Below, piece by piece: positions 50,785-59,801 of a stretch of DNA of 64,000 nt. The stretch spans positions 256,001-320,000 of the forward strand of contig OY970067.1 of assembly GCA_963705305.1 (NCBI GenBank), in the 5' to 3' direction. Position 1 is the stretch's first letter; every line of letters begins with the position of its first letter. This DNA comes from an uncultured Methylomirabilota bacterium (GTDB lineage: Bacteria; Methylomirabilota; Methylomirabilia; Methylomirabilales; 2-02-FULL-66-22). A model generated the notes under the pieces. That model saw nothing but the letters and a program-made list of their open reading frames with translations, ran no database searches and was not told where the DNA came from. The translations under genes were made by a program, and so were the position numbers.

Positions 50785-50882
50785 TCGTCCCGCCAGCATT
50801 CAAGCGCGCGCTGCGCATGGGGGGGCGAGAAGAAGCACCCCACGTTCAGGTGCTCATCCCGGAGCCGGCCGCTGAAAGACTC
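50778..50882 (-). mobile_element. IS3-family transposase remnant (integrase core C-terminal part)
   Basis: Translates as ESFSGRLRDEHLNVGCFFSPPHAQRALECWRDDYN, matching the IS3 pattern ESFNGRLRDECLN..WF.SL..A...E.WR.DYN. Confidence 0.75.
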
Positions 50883-51015
50883 ACTGTCGCCGATCTCCCG
50901 GGAATTCTCTGCCCCGATAAACAAGGGGCGTGCATCAAACCAGGAGAGTCGCGCTCAGATCGCCCGGACGCAGAGGGCATGGGCGGACCACCTCACGGAC
51001 GAAAGGAGTCGTGCC

Positions 51016-51351
51016 ATGCGACGACTGCTGGGAGTGGCAGGCGGATGCATTCTGGCCCTGGCCGTGTGGACGCTGGCCGTGCAGGCGCAGCAGCCCCCGA
51101 GCGGGCAGTCGGCGCCGCCCCAGAAGCAGATGCTGCAGCGTGGCGAACGGCACCCCCAAATCCGGGCGGCGATGCAGGCCCTCATGAACGCCGAACGGCA
51201 CTTGCAGGAGGCGGCCCACGACTATGGCGGGCACCGGGTGAAGGCGATGGAGCTGATCAAACAGGCCGAGGAGGAACTGCGGGCCGGCCTGGCGTGGGAC
51301 CGGACCCACGAGCAGCAGGGGGGTCAGCGGGGGTCGCCGACCAAGCCGTAA
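51016..51351 (+). CDS. Small secreted helical protein of unknown function
   Basis: AAGGAG RBS, signal peptide, HPQIRAA...HDYGGHRVKA motif. Confidence 0.8.
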   Translation: MRRLLGVAGGCILALAVWTLAVQAQQPPSGQSAPPQKQMLQRGERHPQIRAAMQALMNAERHLQEAAHDYGGHRVKAMELIKQAEEELRAGLAWDRTHEQQGGQRGSPTKP

Positions 51352-51812
51352 CTCGCGCCTCGATTCTGTCTCGCGACTCACGGCTTGCGTGATCTGTCCG
51401 CGGGGATAGCTCCGGTGGTAGAGAAGCAACGGACCTGTAAAGTAAGGGACGTTGCATCCGGACACTCCTAACGCCGGGCTCCCGAGTGCCCCGCCTCCGC
51501 GACCACGTCTCGATGCGTCAGGGATCCCGCGCTACGCGATGGTGCGCAGGTTCGGACGGCAAGCGGTCGGCCGCGAGGACATCGACGGATTTCGTCGCCC
51601 CCATCGCCACGCCGGTGGTCGGCATCCGCCAGGCTGCCGGCCTGCTCCGCGATTCTCTCCATCGCAGCACCCACGGGGCCGTGCGCTGGTCCGCCCCCCT
51701 GCCGAAAAGGCGCTAGGAGCGTCGCGCCAAGCCGGCCCCTCTCGTGAACGTGCCTGGAGCTCCGGAGGGTCTGCTGCCGCAGATCGGACGAGGCGCGTGC
51801 CGAGCGCGGTCC

Positions 51813-52694
51813 TCAGAGGTTCAGCAAGAACGCCGGATTATCCTGGATCATGGTCTTGATGTGCTCGGCCGGGATGCCTTTCTCCAAGAGCACCCGGACG
51901 AACATCCGCAATCCCTCTGCGGGCGGCGGATTGTGGACCTGTCCCAGGTCCGTGGCCAGAACCGTCCGCTCCGGCCCCACCGCCCTGATCATTTCGACCA
52001 CGCCGTCGATTCCGGCCTTCGTCGGCCACATGGGGAACATGAAGATGGCCAGGTGCTCGATGAAAGCCCCCAGCTTCGCCAGCTCCTTTTGCTCCTCGAT
52101 GGAACCGTTGATGATGTACTCCGGGTGGTTTACGTACAACCGCTTCACCCCCCGGTCCTTGGCCGCCCGGAGAACCGCGCGGGCCTCGGGAATCGACAGG
52201 TGACCCGTGGCGAGAACCACATCGGCGGCAGCGATCACGTCGATCACCTCATGGACCTCGGGTTTCAGGTGGCCCTCGTCGTCAAAGACCGTGATTGGCC
52301 TCTCCTTGAGGCGCACCGCGCCGGCCTGCTTCATGGATCCGCCAAAGTCCGGCGCCCCCATCTGCGTGAGATGGTTCTTCGCCGACAGGGTGGGAAACCA
52401 CACAAACTTGGCGCCCAGCTTGATGGCCGCATCGGCGGCAAAGGGGTTGATCCCTCCTACGGCATTGTTGAGGGCCACACCGCCAAACACCTCGATGCCG
52501 GAAACGAGCTTCCGGACGAAGTACATCCGGTCCGAGGTATAGCCGTGGTGCTCTTTGAGCACGACGGCGCGCATCCCCATGGCCCGAGCCCCCTCGGCGA
52601 CCTCGACATGATCGACGAGTCGCGGGAACAGGCTGGGTGCCGAATGGATGTGGACATCGATGGCCCCTTGCAGCAACGCCAAGTCTTCCCTCAT
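51813..52694 (-). CDS. Amidohydrolase-like metalloprotein (DUF6282-like)
   Basis: DVHIHSAP, LKEH, ATGH, NHP, TDLGQ, NPA. Confidence 0.85.
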   Translation of the reverse strand: MREDLALLQGAIDVHIHSAPSLFPRLVDHVEVAEGARAMGMRAVVLKEHHGYTSDRMYFVRKLVSGIEVFGGVALNNAVGGINPFAADAAIKLGAKFVWFPTLSAKNHLTQMGAPDFGGSMKQAGAVRLKERPITVFDDEGHLKPEVHEVIDVIAAADVVLATGHLSIPEARAVLRAAKDRGVKRLYVNHPEYIINGSIEEQKELAKLGAFIEHLAIFMFPMWPTKAGIDGVVEMIRAVGPERTVLATDLGQVHNPPPAEGLRMFVRVLLEKGIPAEHIKTMIQDNPAFLLNL

Positions 52695-52815
52695 GGCTCC
52701 CTCCTGAAATGCTGCCCCGGCTCGCCAGCGCGGATCCCCGGCAAGGCGGGCGTGCGATCTATGCGATTGGGTGTGCAACCGGCGCCGACCGGCGCCCGAT
52801 CACTGCTCTCGTGCG

Positions 52816-53610
52816 TCAAGGCTCGCAGCGCAGCTTACGAACTTCTGCGACCACGGCAACGAGGTACTCCACAACCTTTTCCAGCAGGAGGTCCCCCTTC
52901 TCCTTGGTGGCCCCCGCCGCATTGCCGACCACGCCGCTCTTGGTGATCTCGTCGAAGTCCAGCGCCGAGGTGATCTCGCCGGGCCTCGTCCCCAGGCGCA
53001 GGACGGTGGACTTCTTTGCGGCGATCCCGGTCCCCTGCAGACTCCCCAGGAACCCCGGCTCGTGCCGCTCCATGTGGACGAGATCGGGGTGGGCGGCCAG
53101 GAGGCCGGCGCACTCGACCTCGGAGGCGTGGCCCGGCGGGAGATCCTCGGGGCGCGAGCTCCACAGCTCCTTGGTGAGCTGGAAGCCCAGGTCCCACCAG
53201 TCCACGGAGGCGGTGAAGGCCTGGTGCCGCTTCTTCAGCTCCTCCATGGCGATCTTGATGGCCGGGCCGTTGTGCCCATGCCCGTTGATAAACAGAATCC
53301 TCCGCAGACCGTGCCGGCACAGGGAGTCGCCCACCTCGACGAGCACGCGGGCCAGGGTGTCCGGGCTGACCGTGATAGTGCCCGGGAAGGCCATGTGGCA
53401 CTCCGAAACCCCGTACGGGACGGCGGGGAGCACGACGGCCCCGGACCGCTCGGCCACCCGCTCGGCCACCGTGCTGGCGGACAGCGTATCCGATCCCAGA
53501 GGCATGTGATATCCGTGCTGCTCGAGGGCGCCCACGGGGATGAGGGCGACCTCCCCGGCCGCCAGCGCGTCTCGCGCCTGTTCCCACGTCATCTCTTGCA
53601 ATCTTGCCAT
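52816..53610 (-). CDS. Creatininase/creatinine amidohydrolase family protein
   Basis: PVGALEQHGYHMPLGSD, FPGT, NGHGHN, GHASEVE. Confidence 0.92.
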   Translation of the reverse strand: MARLQEMTWEQARDALAAGEVALIPVGALEQHGYHMPLGSDTLSASTVAERVAERSGAVVLPAVPYGVSECHMAFPGTITVSPDTLARVLVEVGDSLCRHGLRRILFINGHGHNGPAIKIAMEELKKRHQAFTASVDWWDLGFQLTKELWSSRPEDLPPGHASEVECAGLLAAHPDLVHMERHEPGFLGSLQGTGIAAKKSTVLRLGTRPGEITSALDFDEITKSGVVGNAAGATKEKGDLLLEKVVEYLVAVVAEVRKLRCEP

Positions 53611-53622
53611 GGCTAGCCTCCT

Positions 53623-54384
53623 TTAAGGTCGTCCGGATGCCTGCCCCTCCGGCGGCTCGCTCTTCGAGGGCCCGGAGCGGATCCCGCCGAGGAACGCCTG
53701 GAGGACCCGCGGGTCCCGGGCCAGGTCCGCTCCCGACCCGCTGGCGACGACCGTCCCGCGCTCCAGCACGAACCCCCAGGTGGCCAACACCAGGGCCATC
53801 CGGGCGTTCTGCTCTACCAGGAGAATGGCGATCCCCCGGTCCGCCAGGGTGCGGATGATCCGGGCCACGGCCTGGACGTTGACGGGCGACAGCCCCAGGA
53901 AGGGCTCGTCGAGGAGCAGCACTTTGGGCCGGGCCATGAGGCCGCGCCCGATGGCCAATAGCTGCTGCTCTCCGCCGCTCAAGGTCCCGCCCAGCTGCGC
54001 TTTTCGCTCGGCCAGGACCGGCAGGAGATCGTAGACACCGCGCAGGCGCCTGCCAATTTCCCCACGCTGGGTGACGGTGAATGCCGCGAGGAGGAGGTTT
54101 TCCTCCACGGTCATGTCCGGGAAGATCTTGCGCTCTTCGGGAACATGGGCGATCCCCAGGCGAACGATGCGATGCGGGGCAAGACCGACGAGAGAGGTCC
54201 CCTGGAAATGCATGGTTCCCTGGCCGGGCCGCACCAGCCCCGAGATGGCCTTCAGGGTGGTGGACTTCCCGGCGCCGTTGGAGCCGATGAGGGCCGTCAC
54301 CCCGTTGGGCGGCACACGGAAGGAGACCCCCTGGAGAGCCTCGACACGTCCGTACCGCACCGTGAGGGATTGCAACTCAAGCAA
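53623..54384 (-). CDS. Branched-chain-type ABC transporter ATPase (LivF-like)
   Basis: GSNGAGKST, LSGGEQQ, LLDEP. Confidence 0.92.
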   Translation of the reverse strand: MLELQSLTVRYGRVEALQGVSFRVPPNGVTALIGSNGAGKSTTLKAISGLVRPGQGTMHFQGTSLVGLAPHRIVRLGIAHVPEERKIFPDMTVEENLLLAAFTVTQRGEIGRRLRGVYDLLPVLAERKAQLGGTLSGGEQQLLAIGRGLMARPKVLLLDEPFLGLSPVNVQAVARIIRTLADRGIAILLVEQNARMALVLATWGFVLERGTVVASGSGADLARDPRVLQAFLGGIRSGPSKSEPPEGQASGRP

Positions 54385-55147
54385 GGGCCACGGCCTCCCC
54401 GAGATAGACCTTGACCACTTCCGGGTTCGCCTGGATCGCCGCCGGGGACCCCTCGGCGAGCTTCCGCCCGAAATGCAGGACCGCGAGGCGGTCGCACAGG
54501 TTCATGACGAGGTCCATGTTGTGCTCGACCAGAATCATCGTCACCCCCCGCTCGCGGACGCGGACGATGGCCTCCCGGAGCGTATGACTCTCGGTGGGAT
54601 TGAGTCCCGCGGCCGGCTCGTCGAGGCACAGGAGCGCGGGCTCCGCCATGAGGGCGATGGCCAGCTCGAGCTTGCGGAGGAGGCCGTAGGGCAGGGCGGC
54701 CGCCCGCCGGTCGCGCTCGGCATCGAGCTCCAAGAACGCGAGGGTCTCCCCCGCCAGGGCCAGGGTGGCGGCGGCCTCGCGGCGATGCCGGGACATTCGG
54801 AACAGCGCGTCGGCCAACCCGGCCGCCGTCCGGCGGTGCCTGCCGATAAGCAGATTCTCCAGCACGGTGAGCTGTGGGAACACGCTCGTCTTCTGGTAGG
54901 TCCGGATGATGCCGGCCTGCGCAACGCGGTGCGGCGGCAGCCCGGTGATGTCCCGGCCATTGAGGGCCACCCGGCCGGCGCTGGGGCGCTCGAACCCCGT
55001 GATGACGTTGAAGAGCGTGGTCTTCCCGGCGCCGTTCGGCCCGATGAGGCCGAGGATCTCCCCCGGCTCCACTGTGAGGTCGAAGCCGTCCAGGGCCGCC
55101 AGGCCCCCGAACCGCTTGCCGAGCGCTACTACTTCGAGGAGGGGCAT
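54377..55147 (-). CDS. Branched-chain-type ABC transporter ATPase (LivG-like)
   Basis: GPNGAGKTT, LPYG, LDEPAAG, VEHNM, YLG. Confidence 0.92.
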   Translation of the reverse strand: MPLLEVVALGKRFGGLAALDGFDLTVEPGEILGLIGPNGAGKTTLFNVITGFERPSAGRVALNGRDITGLPPHRVAQAGIIRTYQKTSVFPQLTVLENLLIGRHRRTAAGLADALFRMSRHRREAAATLALAGETLAFLELDAERDRRAAALPYGLLRKLELAIALMAEPALLCLDEPAAGLNPTESHTLREAIVRVRERGVTMILVEHNMDLVMNLCDRLAVLHFGRKLAEGSPAAIQANPEVVKVYLGEAVALA

Positions 55148-56109
55148 TCACACCGCCGTGTAAGGAACCGGTCGCCAAGTGCCTCGAGCAGGCCGCCGAA
55201 GCCTCGCGGCATGAAGACGATGCCCGCCACCATGACGGCGCCGAGGAGCACCATACGGAGATCCTGGGCGGCCCGAAGGTACTCCGGGACCGCCGTGAAG
55301 AATACGACCCCCAGGATGGGGCCGAGGATGTAACCCATGCCCCCGATGATGGCCATGCTGAAGAGCAGCGTGATGTAGTAGAAGCTGAAGAGATCCGGGC
55401 TCACGATGCCCACATAGTGGGCAAACAGGGACCCGCCCATCCCCCCCAGGACCGCGCTGATGACGAAGGCCAGCAGCTTGAAGCGGAACGCATCCACGCC
55501 CAGCGCCTGGGCGAGCGCCTCGTTCTCGCGGATCGCGAGGAAGGCGCGGCCGACCCGCGAATCCCGGATCAGCTTGACCACCAGGGTGGCCAGCGCGGCA
55601 AAGGTGACCGCAAGGTAGTAGTAGGCAAGATCCGAGCGGAATTCAAAGTGAAAGAGACCGGGAATCCCGACCGCCGGGGAGGGAACCCCCGGGATGCCCA
55701 GCGGTCCCCTCGTGAACTCCACCCAGTTGCGGATGACGAGGGCCAGGATATCCTGGAAGGCCCAGGTGACCAGCGCGAAATAGGGTCCCCGGAGGTAGAG
55801 CGACGGATAGCCGATGAGGAGGCCGAATGCGGCGCTGACGGCGAATGAGGCCCCGAGCCCGCCCCAGAAGGACCACCCGTACAGCGTCGTGGCGATGCCG
55901 GAGGCGTAGGCTCCCAGCCCGAAAAAGGCGGTGTACCCGAAGGGGAGCTCGCCCACCAGGCCGAGGATCACGTTCAGGCCCATCACCACAACGAGGTAGA
56001 TGGCCGCCAGGTTCAGGATGGAGCGGTAGTAGCTGCTCCCGCTGAGCCAGGGGAGGATCCCCAGGAAGGCAACGAGGGCGACCGCGCAGAGGGGCCGGTT
56101 GGTCCTCAT
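55129..56109 (-). CDS. Branched-chain-type ABC permease (LivM-like)
   Basis: FFGLGAY, LRGPYFALVT, GRAFLAIRENE, MPRG. Confidence 0.92.
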   Translation of the reverse strand: MRTNRPLCAVALVAFLGILPWLSGSSYYRSILNLAAIYLVVVMGLNVILGLVGELPFGYTAFFGLGAYASGIATTLYGWSFWGGLGASFAVSAAFGLLIGYPSLYLRGPYFALVTWAFQDILALVIRNWVEFTRGPLGIPGVPSPAVGIPGLFHFEFRSDLAYYYLAVTFAALATLVVKLIRDSRVGRAFLAIRENEALAQALGVDAFRFKLLAFVISAVLGGMGGSLFAHYVGIVSPDLFSFYYITLLFSMAIIGGMGYILGPILGVVFFTAVPEYLRAAQDLRMVLLGAVMVAGIVFMPRGFGGLLEALGDRFLTRRCECPSSK

Positions 56110-56978
56110 GCGCGCCGCACCCGCTGGAAGATGCCTTCGGGCCGCCACAGGAGCACGAGGATCATGATGACCAACCCGAAGGAGTCCTTGTAGTCGATAC
56201 TGATGAACCCCCCGCCCAGGCTCTCCGCAACCCCCAGGAGGAGGCCGCCGCCGAAAGCCCCCACGATGTTCCCCATGCCGCCCATGACGATCACAACGAA
56301 CGCCTTGATCAGCATGAAATTCCCCATCAGCGGCTCAACGTCGTAGAGGGGGGCCAGCAGGGCGCCCGCCAGGGCGGCCAACGCCCCTCCCAGAGCGAAG
56401 ACCAGCGCGTAGGTGGCGTCCACGTTCACGCCCATGAGCGCCGCCGTCTCGTGGTCGCGCGCGACCGCGCGGATGGCGCGGCCCCAGCGGCCGTGACGGA
56501 TGAAGGCGGTCACCGCCAGGCTGAGACCGCAGGCCATCAGCAGCACCAGGAGCTTCTGCTGCGTGAGGAAGATGCCGCCGAGCACGACGGGCGCGTAGGC
56601 CATGGGGGTTCGGACTGTCTGGGGGTTCGGCCCGAACACGAGCTGGACGAGATTCTCGAGGACGACGGCCACCCCCGAGGTGGCCAGCAGGCTGACGACT
56701 TCGCCGCGCCCGCGAAGGGGCCGCACCGCCAGCCTTTCACAGAGGATCGCCACGGCGGCGACGACGACCACGGCGATGGGCAGCGTGGCCCCGTACCCCC
56801 AGCCGAGCCGTTTCAGCACGACGAAGGTGGTGAAGCCCCCCAGCATGTAGAAGGCGCCCTGGGCCACGTTGATGACCCGCATGATCCCGAAGATCAGGGT
56901 CAGTCCGATGGCGATCAGGGCATAGATCGCGCCCTGCACCAGCCCGTTCGCCACCTGCTGGAAAAAAAGCATGGCCAT
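56106..56978 (-). CDS. Branched-chain-type ABC permease (LivH-like)
   Basis: YALIAIGLTLIFG, GRAIRAVA, KAFVVIVMGG, RPEG. Confidence 0.92.
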   Translation of the reverse strand: MAMLFFQQVANGLVQGAIYALIAIGLTLIFGIMRVINVAQGAFYMLGGFTTFVVLKRLGWGYGATLPIAVVVVAAVAILCERLAVRPLRGRGEVVSLLATSGVAVVLENLVQLVFGPNPQTVRTPMAYAPVVLGGIFLTQQKLLVLLMACGLSLAVTAFIRHGRWGRAIRAVARDHETAALMGVNVDATYALVFALGGALAALAGALLAPLYDVEPLMGNFMLIKAFVVIVMGGMGNIVGAFGGGLLLGVAESLGGGFISIDYKDSFGLVIMILVLLWRPEGIFQRVRRA

Positions 56979-57011
56979 CTTAAGGCCTCACGCTCGTGCA
57001 AGGAGTGCCGG

Positions 57012-58148
57012 CTATTTGATCGTGATGTAGCGTCCGCCCTTCACCTGAACGATGTGCGGTCGAACCTGCGCCTGGTGCTTCTCATCGAACTTCCAAGTCC
57101 CTCCGGGACCCTCCCAAACCAGGCTCTCGAGCGCCGTGCGGATCGCGTCGAGATTCGTGTCCGTTCCCGCCTTGTCGATTCCCAGGGCGGCCACCCACAT
57201 GCCGCAGTAGCCCGAGTGGGAGTAGGTCTGGGCCGGGTCCTTCCCGAACATCTTCCGGTACTCCTCCTTGAAGTGGATCGAGGCCGGGTCGGTGAGGTCC
57301 GGCGTCCAGGGCACGACCGCATAGGAGCCCTCGGCGTTTTGCCCGGCGCCCTTCAGGAAGCTCGGGCTGTAGTTGTTCTCCGAGCCGTAGAGGTGAATGC
57401 CCAGCATGCCAAGGGCGGCCATCTGGTTTACGATCTGCGAATTCTGCGGATCGCGGGCCACCATGTAGATCGCGGTGGGGTTCAGGGCCTTGATCTTCGT
57501 GAGGACGGTGGAGAAGTCGGTGTCCTGGAAGTTGAAGGTCCCGGTGAAGACGACCTTGGGATTCCCGAGCCGCTGGAACTCCTTCTCGAAGGCCGCCGCA
57601 TCCGAGCGCCCCCAGTCGTCATTCACGACCAGGATTGCGATGGTGCTCCCCGGCTTCTCGTTTCCGGCGATGAACTCGGCGAATCCCCGGGCGATGATCA
57701 GGCTGTTGCTGGAGGTCCGGAAGAAGTAGCGGGCCCCCTGCTCGGTCAATCCCGGCGCGTAGGACAGCGGGGCGATCTGCAGCACGTTCTCCTTCTTGGT
57801 CACTTCCAGCATGGCGTAGGTCGAGGAGCTGCACAGCTCGCCAAGGAGAATCCGGCGGCCCGCCGCGATCAGCTTCTTCGTGACCGCCGTAGTCTGGGCC
57901 GGGTTGCACGCGCCGTCTTCAACCGTAATCTCGATCTTCCGGCCGCCCAGGATCCCGCCCTTGGCGTTGATCTCGTCCACCGCCACCTTGATGCCGTCCA
58001 GGAGGTTGGTTCCCTGGTACGCGCCGTTGCCGGTCAAAGGCTGGACCACACCGATCTGGACCGGGGGGCCGGCCGCCAGAGCGGCTAACGGCAGAACCGG
58101 CAAGATCCCCAGGCACACGAGGAAAAACTTGAAGCTTCGGATCTGCAT
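57012..58148 (-). CDS. ABC substrate-binding protein (LivK/LivJ-like)
   Basis: Signal peptide, IGVVQPLTG, EINAKGG, NDDWG, DFSTVLTK. Confidence 0.92.
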   Translation of the reverse strand: MQIRSFKFFLVCLGILPVLPLAALAAGPPVQIGVVQPLTGNGAYQGTNLLDGIKVAVDEINAKGGILGGRKIEITVEDGACNPAQTTAVTKKLIAAGRRILLGELCSSSTYAMLEVTKKENVLQIAPLSYAPGLTEQGARYFFRTSSNSLIIARGFAEFIAGNEKPGSTIAILVVNDDWGRSDAAAFEKEFQRLGNPKVVFTGTFNFQDTDFSTVLTKIKALNPTAIYMVARDPQNSQIVNQMAALGMLGIHLYGSENNYSPSFLKGAGQNAEGSYAVVPWTPDLTDPASIHFKEEYRKMFGKDPAQTYSHSGYCGMWVAALGIDKAGTDTNLDAIRTALESLVWEGPGGTWKFDEKHQAQVRPHIVQVKGGRYITIK

Positions 58149-58196
58149 GGTTACTCCTCCTTCTTGACCGCCCCAGGATGACGTGCACCGCGCAGG

Positions 58197-59087
58197 CTAG
58201 CGATGAGATCGCGCGCCTCGAGCCGGCTTGGCGGCCCGAGCAGTGGCATGAATCCGATTCGCCGCGCCTCGAGCCGCCCAGGGTTGCCGGACCCCGTTAG
58301 GCGCGGCCACCCCTCCGGATGCATGCCTCAGCTCCCGCGCCGCCTCCATGAGGGTGCCCGCCAGGCGATGCGCCAGGGTCTCGGGGAGCCGCTCGGCGGG
58401 CGCGGCTATCGCGAGGCTCCCCACGGCTATGCCCTCGGCATCGAGGACAGGTGCGGCCACCGCCCGGACACCCGGATAGATTTCCTGGAGGCTGACTGCA
58501 TATCCAAGCTCTTGGGTCTTCTGAAGCTCCGCACGCAGCGCGCGCGGATCGGTGATCGTGTGCTCGGTGAATCGCTGCAGGGGGCGGCCGAGGAGCCTCC
58601 GCTGATCCTGGGCGCGGAGGAACGCCAGGATCGCCCGCATGGATGCCCCCGCGTGGAGCGGGATAGTCCGCCCGCGCTCCGGCCGTACGAGGAGAGGATG
58701 CGGGCTCTCGACCCGCTCGGCGCAGACCCCGAAGTCGCCGCTTCGGAGGACCAGCTGCACGGTCTCACCGGTCTGCTGGGCGAGGCGCTCCATGAGCGGG
58801 CGCGCCCGCCTGACCAGGCCCAGATCGGCGGCGAGGGCCTCCGACAGCTGCAGGAAGCGGGGGGAGAGGCGGTAGGTTCGGTGCTGGGGATCCTCTTCGA
58901 GGACCCCGCGATCCCGGAAGGTGACGAGATACCGGTACGTCGTGCTGAGCGGCAATCGCAGCGCGTCCGCGAGATCCGCCGGCGTCCACCGAGACCGGTC
59001 GGTGGAGAAGGCGAAAAGCAGGTCCACCGCCTTGGCGACCGATTTGATGGGCCGTTGAGACATGCTGATCCGGTTTGGCCGCCCCAC
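58197..59087 (-). CDS. IclR family transcriptional regulator
   Basis: SVAKAVDLL HTH, LPLSTTYRYL, PLHAGAS, GVRAVAAPV. Confidence 0.92.
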   Translation of the reverse strand: MGRPNRISMSQRPIKSVAKAVDLLFAFSTDRSRWTPADLADALRLPLSTTYRYLVTFRDRGVLEEDPQHRTYRLSPRFLQLSEALAADLGLVRRARPLMERLAQQTGETVQLVLRSGDFGVCAERVESPHPLLVRPERGRTIPLHAGASMRAILAFLRAQDQRRLLGRPLQRFTEHTITDPRALRAELQKTQELGYAVSLQEIYPGVRAVAAPVLDAEGIAVGSLAIAAPAERLPETLAHRLAGTLMEAARELRHASGGVAAPNGVRQPWAARGAANRIHATARAAKPARGARSHR

Positions 59088-59474
59088 TCACTCCGCGAGC
59101 GCGACAAGATCCATCTCCACGTCCACGCCTCGCGGCAGCTCCTTGACCCCGATGCAGGTCCGGGTGGGCGGCTCTGTCGGGAAGAACCGTCGGTAGACCT
59201 CGTTCATCGGCTCGAACCACGACATGTTGGTAAGGTAGACGCCGACGCGGATCGCACTGGAGAGGGACAGTCCCGCCGCCTCCACGATCGCCTTGAGGTT
59301 CTTGAGGACCTGCTCGGTTTGCGCTTGGATGTCCCCCCGAACGAACTCTCCCCGCTCGGGATCGTAGGGGAGCTGGCCGGACACGTAGAGGATGCCCCCC
59401 GCGCGGATGGCCTGGCTCAACGGGGACTTGGAGACGAAGGCTTTCGGCGTCGTGACGATTTCCCTCTTCCCCAT
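59088..59474 (-). CDS. RidA/Rid family protein
   Basis: SQAIRAGG.LYVSGQ, MNEVY, PPTRT, LPRGVDVEM. Confidence 0.92.
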   Translation of the reverse strand: MGKREIVTTPKAFVSKSPLSQAIRAGGILYVSGQLPYDPERGEFVRGDIQAQTEQVLKNLKAIVEAAGLSLSSAIRVGVYLTNMSWFEPMNEVYRRFFPTEPPTRTCIGVKELPRGVDVEMDLVALAE

Positions 59475-59497
59475 GGCCGGCTTCCTCCACATAGCGG

Positions 59498-59563
59498 ATT
59501 CTTACATTGAAAGAATTATTTCTAACGAAGCAATAATGTACGCCTCACCTCAGGTGCTGTCAA
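59498..59563 (-). promoter_or_regulatory. Sigma70 promoter and palindromic operator for the rid-iclR-liv operon
   Basis: TTGACA (59563-59558), 17 nt spacer, TACATT. Palindrome ATTCTT-N7-AAGAAT at 59498-59516. Confidence 0.6.
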
Positions 59564-59733
59564 GTGGAGTATCTCAGAGAGAAGGGCGGGGTTCCAGCAA
59601 TCTCCGCCCGATCGCGACACCAAGCTTCAAGCCGCCCCTATGCTGGAGCCAGCCGAGGATCGGTCGCCCGATGACCCGCATGCCCCGGGGGACATGACGC
59701 CAGGCGATCGATGCCGCATTGCCTGAAAATGCA

Positions 59734-59763
59734 TGACCCCCCGCGGGCGACCGCGGGGGGTCA
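59734..59763 (-). terminator. Hairpin downstream of the second substrate-binding protein gene
   Basis: TGACCCCCCGCGG, loop, CCGCGGGGGGTCA. Confidence 0.55.
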
Positions 59764-59801
59764 GTCGGAAGGAACCGTCAGTCCTTGGATTCGGCGAGGG
59801 T

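Noticed and set aside
51400..51445. tRNA-like 5' half (GCGGGGATAGCTC..GGTAGAG...CTGTAAA)
   Set aside because: No T-arm (TTCGA), no matching acceptor strand, and the anticodon stem does not pair.
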